A stretch of DNA of 63,846 nucleotides, filler included, from Stramenopiles sp. TOSAG23-2 (taxonomy: Eukaryota): NCBI GenBank assembly GCA_900128395.1. It is 8 parts of 8 records of this genome, joined end to end, with 100 filler letters (N's around TTAATTAATTAA, not from the genome) between each part and the next. Parts side by side here need not be neighbours in the genome. Positions count along the whole stretch, not along the records: positions 1 to 26,914 come from LT649425.1; 7 more parts are not named here. One strand, given 5' to 3'. Every line of letters begins with the position of its first letter. The first letter of the stretch is position 1. The notes beneath the pieces are model-generated. The model was not told the DNA's origin. It did not search any database and saw nothing but the letters and a program-made list of their open reading frames with translations. The position numbers and the translations under genes are program-made. This document shows positions 1 to 10,368 of this stretch, piece by piece.

Positions 1-189
1 AAAATGTAACACGTGGAAATTTAGCCAAGAAAAAAGATTTATTAAATATATTTGGCCCGCATTTTTCAAATACTGGTGCACGTCGTCCACTGATATATAC
101 ACCTGCCCATCCTTTAAATTGTGCAACATGGTACTTATGGTGGAATGGACTAGAGCTCTAACGTTTGCCATGGCAGTTAAAAAATCAAA

Positions 190-635
190 AAATGCGTATT
201 AAAAAAAATCTGCTGAAGCATACAGTGCCCAAATTGGCAAGATTGTTTCAATACTACTAATAAAGAAAATTCCTGATTTGGGCATCGTAAGATTTCCTTT
301 TTCACTTTTTATATGTATTTTTATGTAGTGGAGTTGTTTTGTTTTTGAATATATATTTGTGCATTCAATATATATAATTATGTTCTACTGTCCAAATGGA
401 TGTTTTCCTACCAAATGCGTATTAAAAAAAATCTGCTGAAGCATACAGTGCCCAAATTGGCAAGATTGTTTCAATACTACTAATAAAGAAAATTCCTGAT
501 TTGGGCATCGTAAGATTTCCTTTTTCACTTTTTATATGTATTTTTATGTAGTGGAGTTGTTTTGTTTTTGAATATATATTTGTGCATTCAATATATATAA
601 TTATGTTCTACTGTCCAAATGGATGTTTTCCTACC
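190..635. repeat. Exact 223-bp tandem duplication (190-412 / 413-635), probably an assembly overlap
   Basis: aaatgcgtatt...gttttcctacc occurs twice back to back. Confidence 0.9.
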
Positions 636-783
636 CATATTCCCCTGTTAATATGTATCTTTCGAAATTTTCCAGACGCTGATTTCCCAGGTCGCCAAAT
701 GGATGTTTTTGTAGTGCTATTGCCGCCTGTAAACGAACACCATTTGGCAGGAGTAAAAAACCTCAAAAAACACTGAAAATGAC

Positions 784-1007
784 AAAACTGCCATTTGGCA
801 GTTCTACTTAATACAATACGATTTTTTTTTTCTATATAATTTTATTTTACTACGCCCGTAAGTACAAAGTGATAGGAAACATGGAAAAACTGCCAAATGG
901 CAGTACCACGAACTATGCAATGCTATTCCTATAGTATTCCCGTTGAAACGCTAGTACAAAGTGATAGGAAACATGGAAAAACTGCCAAATGGCAGTACCA
1001 CGAACTA
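784..1007. repeat. Cluster of palindromic ACTGCCA(aa/tt)TGGCAGT motifs, including a 55-bp direct repeat (861-915 / 953-1007)
   Basis: actgccatttggcagt near 787; actgccaaatggcagt near 889 and 981; related ccaaatgg/ccatttgg cores near 392, 695, 740. Confidence 0.7.
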
Positions 1008-1318
1008 ATTTAGTAACTTTTAGTATTTTAATTTTCTGATATTTCTGTGATATTCTAATTTCACATTCAAGTATAAATTCGATAGGATATAAATGTTGTG
1101 ATCAGACAAACTTAAAAAAAATCCGTTTTAGCTTTGTTGGTTGTTCATTGGCTTAAATTATCCATATAATTTTATAATTAAATTAATATATAAATGTCAC
1201 ATATGTATGTGTGTATATATATATATATGTGCAAAGATAAATGTATCTATATATTATATTTGTAGTGAGCCCAGAGACGTAGAGGACAGATTAATAATTA
1301 CATCGGTGTAAATAAAAT

Positions 1319-2185
1319 ATGTCGTATTATTCACCACATCAAGCGGCAAACGATATACAACGAGTGTTTCGTGGCTACCGAGTTCGTAATGTGAAAGTTC
1401 ATTTATACGAAGAAAAATTGCTGACAAGAGCAGAAATAGATATGAAAAATGACAATGCAACCATTATTCAAACGTTCTTTAGAAAGTACATAGCGAGTAA
1501 AAAGTTAGAGGAAGATAGTTTTTACCTTGAATTTGAAGAAGATGTATGGCATGAAATACAAAATAATGCCGCGACATCTCAAACCTCTATTAAAGAACGG
1601 GGAGGAGAGCGTGCAAATTCACCTTCGGCATCAGATGAAGAAGACCTGCTATCTCGTGGAATTTCCAATAGTTGGTTTTGCCGTTTATCATTTGCTTTTA
1701 TCACTTTATTGATGATACATTTAAGTTTTTAATACCTCTAGTTTGTGAAACAGGAACTGCATCAAAGGAAATTGACAGATGAAAGATTTTCAACGATGAT
1801 AAAACGGGAAAGGACGAGATCAATGGCCAAAAACGAATGTATTAGAACAGTACAAATGTGTGCAAGAACCCATTGTACAAAATACAAATATTATTAAAAA
1901 GTAGGAGTTTAACTTGATATCTAGAGTATATCATATATATATTATAAAAAACGATTTTTGGTCTATAGCGATATTCTTCTTTTTTTGCATCATTTATATA
2001 TTTTCAAATTTAGCACTAGATCAACAAATTCATTGTATGATTGGGAACAATCATCCGCTGAATTATGGGATCGAAAATTGCAATTAGAACGTGAACTCAA
2101 AGCAGTTGAAGAGCAACAAACTGAACTTTTAGGGAATCATGTTGTACGTATGAATAATTTAATGTTTAATCGAGAACCAATGTAG
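1319..2185 (+). CDS. IQ-motif (calmodulin-binding) protein; probably spliced and possibly decayed
   Basis: Two IQ motifs (AANDIQRVFRGYRVR, ATIIQTFFRKYIASK). Candidate GT..AG introns at ~1671-1741 and ~1901-2013. The middle exon needs a stop or frameshift to join the coiled-coil last exon. Confidence 0.45.
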
Positions 2186-2388
2186 GTTTATATATAATAT
2201 ATTCTGTGTGTAAAAAAAAAAAAAAACAGAAGAAATTATAAAAAAATGTAAAATAATATTTTCAAAAGAAACACTACTTTGCGTGGTGAATTTTTAGAGA
2301 AAGAATTTTTCAAAAGTGTAGAGAATTGAAAAAAAGAGTGTATAAGCGTGGAGTGATAAAATCAACAATACAACAGCAAGTGTAAAAC

Positions 2389-3194
2389 TTATTTACACTG
2401 TAGTATATGTAGTATAAGAAGGTGTAATATTATATTAAATATGTGTGCAAAAAAAATAATTACGAGAACACATCCCTCTCTCGATAATGTATATCTTAAC
2501 TTTTCCCTACACTCATTTCTTAGTCTCAAATACACAGGTGGGCCTCCAAGCATTTTGTAGTTTTGGCTTACATTTAAATATTTAAACGTAAACACATCAC
2601 CAACTTTTGATACTGTTGGAACGCCGTGGGTTACTCTAATTTCGTTCTTTGGAAGACATGCATCAAATAAATCACCTTTTAAGTTATTGATTCGATGAGA
2701 TGGTTTACCCGATGGAGTGCTGCACAACCTAATGATTGTTCCTTCAGATTCATACTTATAGGCTGAACTTTCCAAGCATTTTTGGTTCTCTTTTTACCAT
2801 CACAATGGTCATAAGGCGAGTCTTTTCTTAAGACCAATCCTCCCCCTCCAGCATTGATAACTTTATCCATCATAACAATAATATTGTTATCTTTAACTTG
2901 CATTTGTTTGAGATATTTGATAAACTCACTGCCCTTCGCTACTTCAATTAATTTTAAAATATTTTTGCTAAAATCACAGGTGGAAGATGGAATATCAAAG
3001 ATAAAATATCTTGCTTGTTTCCAACGCTCATCTTTTTCATCATAACTTTTGATATTTTTTGGTAAACCTCTGTTAAAGAAGCCATTACTTTCAGGCATAT
3101 GGACACCAGGAGTATTCATATCTGCATCAAGTAATTTCAACTCACCGTCCAACGCAATATCTTTCGGAAAGTTTGCTGTAAAATATTTCGGCAA
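2389..3194 (-). pseudogene. Truncated, frameshifted minimal ATP-dependent DNA ligase (LigE/viral-type)
   Basis: Motif III LDGEL, IIIa YFIFDIP, IV GGGGLVLRK (conserved Glu lost) and V RTKNAWKVQP. After a frameshift near 2760 comes the OB-fold GDVFTFKY...PPVYLRLR (motif VI). Motif I KxDG is absent and there is an in-frame TAA just upstream. Confidence 0.75.
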
Positions 3195-3207
3195 CTTGAT
3201 AATACTA

Positions 3208-4515
3208 CTATATTGCGCTTTTTTTTAAATTTTGTTTCCCAGCCTCTACATTATTTTTGTTGTCGTTACGAGCCCGACTAAGCTTGGCAAGATTCACATC
3301 GCAAACAGGATTTTCATTCCATTTCCTATTTCTTTCTTCTACTTTGTTTTTATGCCTCGCAATATGTTTAAATACGCCTAATCTAGCCATATTATATCGA
3401 GTTCCAATAATTGTTCCTACACCATAAAAAAATACAAGCAAACCGCCAAGTTGTGAAAAAAAGCTTCTCAATGTGTAAACACGAGTTTCTCTTACAGTGC
3501 TTTCAGTGGACATTCTGAGATAAAATCGCATCATAGTATTTGAACGCGTAGCTGATAATCGACTTTCATAAAAATCATACATGAGGAATGTGTTATTATT
3601 TATTTCTGTTCCAAATGCGTTGTAGCCAATTGTTCTATAAGGCTTAAAATACGTTTCGATACCCATCCACTGATTTGAAGGTAGTGTCGCATAGACATTA
3701 GATTGCCATTTTTTTATTGTGTCCATTTTTAAATCATCTCTTTGTTTTGTCTGCACTGACATTGTTACATAACTATCCTCTCCATGAAATATACTCTTGA
3801 TTTCTTCTTCAGATGCGCAAATAACACCAGATGTTTCCAAATCTTTGTATGCATTACAAGGGACGACATCAATTTGCAGGTATGTATATTGCGCTCTAAC
3901 GTAATCTCCAACTATTTCGGTTTCCGCGTCAATGCACCATCCAACTCTACTGTTTTCTGTCCCAAAATGGTCGAACACAATTTTACATTCTTTCACTGGA
4001 ACGTTTTCCGTTGTTCGAGGTTTCTCCGGATTAGAATCGCCTTCAAATATATTTCGCTTGGCTGCTTCTAAACGATAATATGAATCATTGTAAAAATATG
4101 GGTAAGCTGCTAATTTTGTGTTAGCCCCAGGGACGATAAATAAATTTGGCAACTTAATTGGAGAGGAAGCAAAGGATGTATGTGAAGCATCACTTTCAAC
4201 GTTAAACATTAAATGTGCGTCGAACAACTTTGTAAACTCTGGCACTACAGTAATTATAAAAAGAATCGTAAACACAATTGTCAACAATCCACTTTGAAAG
4301 GATGTCACAGCTCTATATGGTTCTTCATACGGAAAGGCATCCAATCGCCTAACAATATGTCTAAATTTCTTTAAATACCCTTCGTTCCCATCAGTTTTTT
4401 CTTCAAGATCAAAGACCGCACTTAGTACTGAGCTTACCCTTCCTTCAACGTGCAACGTCCCACGTCTGATTCTTCTACTGCCGCGTCTATTATCGCCATC
4501 ATCCAGTGTTTCCAT
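3208..4515 (-). CDS. Two-TM membrane protein with a large Cys-containing lumenal/extracellular loop
   Basis: 435-aa ORF; N-terminal LDAFP...T..SGLLTIVFTILFII TM; C-terminal TLRSFFSQLGGLLVFF TM. Confidence 0.75.
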   Translation of the reverse strand: METLDDGDNRRGSRRIRRGTLHVEGRVSSVLSAVFDLEEKTDGNEGYLKKFRHIVRRLDAFPYEEPYRAVTSFQSGLLTIVFTILFIITVVPEFTKLFDAHLMFNVESDASHTSFASSPIKLPNLFIVPGANTKLAAYPYFYNDSYYRLEAAKRNIFEGDSNPEKPRTTENVPVKECKIVFDHFGTENSRVGWCIDAETEIVGDYVRAQYTYLQIDVVPCNAYKDLETSGVICASEEEIKSIFHGEDSYVTMSVQTKQRDDLKMDTIKKWQSNVYATLPSNQWMGIETYFKPYRTIGYNAFGTEINNNTFLMYDFYESRLSATRSNTMMRFYLRMSTESTVRETRVYTLRSFFSQLGGLLVFFYGVGTIIGTRYNMARLGVFKHIARHKNKVEERNRKWNENPVCDVNLAKLSRARNDNKNNVEAGKQNLKKSAI

Positions 4516-5910
4516 ACTCGTTAGTACGATGCTCCTTGTTAGAAATTCCGCCTTGTTTTGATTAGCTATGCACCTATCTGCATAATTTTATGTATTATTG
4601 TCTTGTTTTATATCGCTTCTATTCCATTTATAGAATCTCTACGAATATGTACTCATATGTATATTTATTGTATATATATATTTGTAAATGTACCATTATT
4701 AAAATAATTGTAACATAATCCATAATGATAATTCTTGTAGTATGATTAGCATATGAATACCATTACATAAATATATATATATATAAATAGAATACTAAAA
4801 ACATAAAAATCAAAGATGATAAATTATAAGAGATATACATTATATTGTTTTTATGATTGTCCTTTCAAATTTTTATTTTTGAAATTCAATCGTTTATTCA
4901 TTTTCTCTTCTAATTCACGTCTCTCTGATACTGTACTATTATCTTTACTACCTTTACTATCGATTGGTTGTATTTTCAATTGTTTCAATTCATGTGACAA
5001 ATCTTCAATTAAATAATTAGCATTTGACTTCAAATATACAGATCTAATATATATATATATATTCTTCTTCCTCAATGTTTTTCTTTTCCACAATACATGT
5101 GTTATAGTGTTTCTATTTATTCATTCGATATATGTCCTCCGGAGTCTATTAAATTAGCATGTACACATCATTCACTACAATTTGTGTCATGTAACAAGGG
5201 CCGCTATAAATCCCCTCTTTTTTTTGACGATCTTGACAGAAAATGAAAAATTGACACTTCGCTTGGTTCGATTTTCAACCTTCGTACTTTCATATACTAA
5301 GGGTATGATAATTTATCTATCAAATACAGGAGCTGGAGGGGAAGCTGATGGAACTTCGTACTTATTTCACTTATCATATACTAAATAGGATAATATATCT
5401 ATCAAATACATCTTACGAGGAGCGGAAGCTAGTATAGCTATACCGCCTAAAACCACATAGCATAGACACAAGCATCCGATAATAATTAAGCCAACATAAC
5501 AGCATCACAGCACTATAAACGTTTGCCACGTACTAATAATAGATTAGCATCGTCACAGCACCTGTTCGGATTCAAACCTCTACAGATGATGAATTTTGTT
5601 GAGTTTTTTTGTGGTGCTTAGCGCCGCTGATAGGTTTGAGGATTCATATTTCCACGAGGAAAGAGAATAGTATACTACCAAACCTGCGTGCCTATCAATA
5701 TTTACACCATGAAGGACATGAAAATTATGGTAAAATGAATTTATCGATAGAGAGATATAATTATATTATAGATCGTGTGCACGCGACAGAAATGAATAGT
5801 AGAACAGATACATAATATTCATATAATCATAATATTCATATAATAATAATAATAATATTCGTACAATAATAATAACAACAACAACAACATCATAAAAACT
5901 AATAACAAAA

Positions 5911-6990
5911 ATGACGGAACGTTCAAAGAAATTTTTAGATGATGCAACAAAAGACAAAGTAGGTGAAGTAGTAAAAGGAAAAAATATCCTTGTTACTGGA
6001 GGTACAGGTTCATTTGGCAATGCGTTTATTACTGCATTACTTACAATGTTTGAACCAAACAAAGTAATTGTATTCTCTCGCGATGAATTGAAACAATCGT
6101 TGATGTTGAAGAAATTTCCTGCAAGCAAATATCCACAACTTCGTTTTCTTTTAGGTGATGTTAGAGATGCTGGACGTTTACGACGTGCTTTCCGTGACGT
6201 ACAAATTGTTGTTCATGCAGCAGCACTTAAACAAGTGCCAGCTTTGGAATATAATCCAACTGAAGCTATCAAAACAAACATCATGGGTGCAATGAATATC
6301 ATCGAAGCCTGCTATGACTGCAAAGTGGAACAATTAGTTGCATTGAGTACTGACAAGGCAGCTGCGCCAATTAATTTGTATGGGGCTACAAAGTTATGCT
6401 CTGACAAATTGTTTGTTGCTGGAAATGGTGTAGCTGGTAAAGAAGGCACTAAGTTTTCAGTTGTAAGATATGGTAATGTCTTTGGAAGTCGTGGTTCCAT
6501 CGTACCTGTGCTTCATAAATTACGACCATCGGGCAAAATTGGCCTTACCGATGTTCGTATGACACGTTTCAACATTTCGTTAAATGATGCTGTAAATTTT
6601 GTATTATCAGGTTTAGCAATTCAACAAGGTGGTGAAATTTTCATTCCAAAGTTGCCAAGTTACAAATTGCCTGTAATTGCACAAGGGGTATGCCCAGAAG
6701 CAGAAGTTACCATTATTGGTCGTCGACCAGGTGAGAAATTGCATGAATTGATGGTACCTGCCGATGAATCTTATAGAACTGTAGATATTGGCGATCGTTA
6801 CATTATTGAACCAGAAGCAGAAGCTGCTGCAAAATACACACGCACAAGCAGCTATAAACCAGTCCCTGAAGGATTTGCATATGATAGTGGTGCAAATACC
6901 GAATGGAATACACCAGAAGAGTTACGTGAACAATATATTTCATGGTGTGCATATTATGGTGAAAGTCCAGATTTACCAAAGAAAGAATAA
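5911..6990 (+). CDS. pseB: UDP-N-acetylglucosamine 4,6-dehydratase (inverting), PseB/FlaA1 family
   Basis: ILVTGGTGSFG, FSRDELKQ, HAAALKQVPALEYNP, ALSTDKA..PINLYGATKLCSDKLF, VRYGNVFGSRGS and RPGEKLHE all intact. Confidence 0.93.
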   Translation: MTERSKKFLDDATKDKVGEVVKGKNILVTGGTGSFGNAFITALLTMFEPNKVIVFSRDELKQSLMLKKFPASKYPQLRFLLGDVRDAGRLRRAFRDVQIVVHAAALKQVPALEYNPTEAIKTNIMGAMNIIEACYDCKVEQLVALSTDKAAAPINLYGATKLCSDKLFVAGNGVAGKEGTKFSVVRYGNVFGSRGSIVPVLHKLRPSGKIGLTDVRMTRFNISLNDAVNFVLSGLAIQQGGEIFIPKLPSYKLPVIAQGVCPEAEVTIIGRRPGEKLHELMVPADESYRTVDIGDRYIIEPEAEAAAKYTRTSSYKPVPEGFAYDSGANTEWNTPEELREQYISWCAYYGESPDLPKKE

Positions 6991-7328
6991 ATGTGTTCGG
7001 TATATGTGAAATATGTGTACATGAATGATGTCGTATATTGAAAAATAAAAAAAATGATCCCAGAGATATGTAAAATATTATTCTCTTGTGTATTTTTAAA
7101 TAAATAGCTCGTAATTATTCTATGCATATGCATATTAATATCATATATTATTATTAAGACCCGTCTTCTTGGCCTCAGAAAAATAATGATTAGCATCATG
7201 CTGGCATGAAATTTTTCAAAGTGGTATAAATGTATATATTAGAATACTAAATATTGTACTTAAATATACCCTATTATATACTACTTTTTTTACTGATCCT
7301 CCTGATCTTATCGAAGGTGGGTCATATT

Positions 7329-9551
7329 TTATAAATCAGCAAATCTATGTTCCTTTTTCATTGTTTTCCAAAAATGTTCACTTTCTCTATAAGATTCTTC
7401 AATAACAACATGGCGATCATGTGAACCAGTTGAAACTTCTTCCCCATGAACTTTTAATAATCTAAAATATAATTTTCGACGTGCATTTTCATCATTTGGC
7501 CAAAATTGTGGTTTTTGCAATTTCAACACTTCTAACCATTTTTCTTTTAAATGGAAATCTGGACTTATCATAGCATCGTTTATCAGATGTACATTTCCCC
7601 TCAATTTTAAATATTTAACTAATGCCTCGCCTGCGTGTTTAGTCATCAATAAAGTTGGTATGCGAAACGAATATGGGTGGGATAATCCTAATTTCTGCAA
7701 TTCAGTTTTAGATTTAATTTGATTCATACCTGGAGTAAAATGTCCTATAGAATGGATGTAATTAGACTTGTACGTAAACAATGCAACTGCAGCGCCTGAA
7801 TTTTCAATATTTTGTATACGTTGTAAAAAATTACATTTATCATTCCATTCTGCAATGACAAGAATAACATTATCTCTACCATTTAAATATTGTGGAACAT
7901 GACTGCATCCAGTTAGATCGTTTGATAACATCAATATTCCATTATTAAATGGTACAATTTTCGGTCCATAACCCGTGCTTATAACGTCTATGCCACGTTC
8001 ATTCCATTCAGATATAAGTGATGTTGGTGGACTATTAATAGATAAGATACCGCCATCGCTGCCATGGTTAAATACGTATTTTGGTGATACAAATATGGTA
8101 CTGCCACCATGCATCATATACTTCACGGTTGTATCATCATCATCGTTATCCATTTCATCTTCATTAGAACCATCGCCATGTGAGTCTAAATGCTTGCCTT
8201 TTTCTATTTTTTGATTTCCATGAGTATGCTTTGCATCCATGATTTTACCACCTTTTGAACATTCTTTTGAAACTACTAATTTTCCATAAAGTTGCTCACT
8301 ATTCAATGATGTCGAATGCAAGATCATTTTCAAAATGTCATGTTCTACCATGACGACTGGTATTTTTATATCAGTGATATCTTCTCCATATTCATATGGC
8401 ATTCGTACAATTTTTGATTGAGAATTGACTACAATCAAGCCAATCGCGCCAGAATCTTGTGCTATTCGAGCTTTAGTAGTAAACGAGCATTGTCCACGAG
8501 TCATTGCTACATACGAGCCAGATATTTGACCAGTATTGATTAAATCGCCACAACCATTTGTTGGATTTGAAAGAATCAAAGGCAAACGATCACATGGTGG
8601 AAGGCTACCAAATGTTGCACGCAATGCACGAAATAATTTACCTTCATCCGGAAATGCAATAGTTGTAATTTCTACATGTTCGAAATCCATAATGGAATAG
8701 CTTTCGCCTCCATTTTTACCAACTTTAACGCTTCCCCCATGTGAACCATCGCTATTTTCTATTCGTGTAAATGTTAATACTCTAGGTGATGGTGATTTTT
8801 CAACTATTTCAATCATTTCCATTAGAGTTTTTCTATCCACTTCAACACCATTTACTGATAATAATACATCTCCAGGATTAATAGTATTTTTCTTCTCCGC
8901 TTCACGCATTGCATTTGTTGCGCTACGAGAAAATCCCATGACAGTAGAATTTGCATTACCAGCAAATTGTAAGCCAATTAAACCGGAATTGGAAAAAGTT
9001 ACACGATACACTGGTGTTATCCGGCGGCTTCCAATATTTCTATCATCGCCGTTCTTATCGGTTTGACCTAGGCCATTACCACTACTACTATCAACACCTT
9101 GCTGATTACTATCATCATCTATTGCATGAACGTATGAGAAAAATGATCTTGCTTGTAATATTTCATTTTTATTACGTTCGCCTCTAAATTTAAGTTCACG
9201 TGGTAATTTTGATTTTTGTAACAATTTGACAAAGTCGTTTAAACTTGAAGATACGACATTTTCATTATTTAGACTAATAATTTTATCACCTGGACGAATT
9301 GTACCTTTTGCTTCTGCTAAAGATATAACATTTTTTTTTGACGTACCAAACCCTATAATAACTAACGAATTTGATAATTTCATACCCATTGATTCTTTGG
9401 TATCGAATACTTCAACATATTCAACTAAGACTGCTTGGCAGACAAAAACATAGACACAACATAATAATAAATAAAAAAACAAAGTAACGTTTGAAAAACG
9501 AATCAATTTCAAAAATGAAAATGTTTGAAAAAATAACAACTTTAAATCCAT
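7329..9551 (-). CDS. Signal-anchored protein with two PDZ domains, two PA domains and a C-terminal J-domain-like segment
   Basis: Hydrophobic N-terminus; PDZ cores IRPGDKIISLN and INPGDVLLSVNG; PA cores RGQCSFTTKARIAQDSGAIGLIVVN and CNFLQRIQNIENSGA; tail RRKLYFRLLKVHGEEVSTGSHDRH..IEESY. Confidence 0.8.
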   Translation of the reverse strand: MDLKLLFFQTFSFLKLIRFSNVTLFFYLLLCCVYVFVCQAVLVEYVEVFDTKESMGMKLSNSLVIIGFGTSKKNVISLAEAKGTIRPGDKIISLNNENVVSSSLNDFVKLLQKSKLPRELKFRGERNKNEILQARSFFSYVHAIDDDSNQQGVDSSSGNGLGQTDKNGDDRNIGSRRITPVYRVTFSNSGLIGLQFAGNANSTVMGFSRSATNAMREAEKKNTINPGDVLLSVNGVEVDRKTLMEMIEIVEKSPSPRVLTFTRIENSDGSHGGSVKVGKNGGESYSIMDFEHVEITTIAFPDEGKLFRALRATFGSLPPCDRLPLILSNPTNGCGDLINTGQISGSYVAMTRGQCSFTTKARIAQDSGAIGLIVVNSQSKIVRMPYEYGEDITDIKIPVVMVEHDILKMILHSTSLNSEQLYGKLVVSKECSKGGKIMDAKHTHGNQKIEKGKHLDSHGDGSNEDEMDNDDDDTTVKYMMHGGSTIFVSPKYVFNHGSDGGILSINSPPTSLISEWNERGIDVISTGYGPKIVPFNNGILMLSNDLTGCSHVPQYLNGRDNVILVIAEWNDKCNFLQRIQNIENSGAAVALFTYKSNYIHSIGHFTPGMNQIKSKTELQKLGLSHPYSFRIPTLLMTKHAGEALVKYLKLRGNVHLINDAMISPDFHLKEKWLEVLKLQKPQFWPNDENARRKLYFRLLKVHGEEVSTGSHDRHVVIEESYRESEHFWKTMKKEHRFADL

Positions 9552-10368
9552 ATCAAAATAAAAAACGAAAACAACAAATATTATTACGAATTAAAAAATA
9601 AACACTGATTTAGGGGTATAATCCAAAGATAAAAAATTAAATGTAATACTGAAAATGGATAATAAATAACAAAATTGTTGTCTAATAATAATGTTTTTTC
9701 TGTTTGTCAATTTTAAATGGTACATCTATCTATGTGCTTTAAATTGAATTGCAATTAAATTATTATTATTATTATTTTTTTTATGATGATGTGTTAATGT
9801 CCAATCAAATGACAACTGTATCGTAGATTTTTACATATATCATCATGTATTTATTGGAATTTTGATGATATTTTCTCAATGTACAGTTACAATACTTTTC
9901 TAATTAAATTATATCATTAATTATTCGGATATTTTGTATTTTATAAAATTAATATGTACAATAATTGTTATTTTGGAACTTACGAAACTGAAAATCTGGT
10001 TTTTAGTCCTTGTGTATAGTGCTAAATTTTCCAGATACTTTGTATTTTGTAAAATACTATACATGTACAATAATTGTCATTTATCATACACACATATATG
10101 TAGAGAGGATCCTCTATACATATTTGGTGCATTTCTAATATTTTATAGTAATAAATAAATACTATTTTCAATTTTACGCTTCTTCTCGTGTTCGTATGAT
10201 GTAACATAACTGTACAGAAACTATTTTCACCTGAAATCTTGTTTTTAGTGCTGTGTAGTGCTAAATTTTCCAGATACTTTGTCCGAACGAAATAAGGGGA
10301 AAAAAGAGAAAGAAAAAAAAGAAAGGAAAAAGAAGCTTATCCTGGCTATCCCCCAAGTAGCTAATGGT

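Noticed and set aside
163-178. RFX X-box-like site (tttgccatggcagt)
   Set aside because: Imperfect match, better explained as part of the local palindrome family; no ciliary gene is adjacent.
861-1007. Repeat-spacer-repeat as a mini CRISPR
   Set aside because: Only two 55-bp copies, a eukaryotic context and no cas genes.
1742-1900. Stop-codon reassignment suggested by in-frame stops here and at 16140-16400
   Set aside because: Conserved genes end normally at TAA or TGA, and ORFs of 3-10 kb have no internal stops, so decay is the simpler explanation.
4851-5093. 80-aa minus-strand ORF
   Set aside because: No ATG start, a TA microsatellite inside and no motif; at best a gene remnant.
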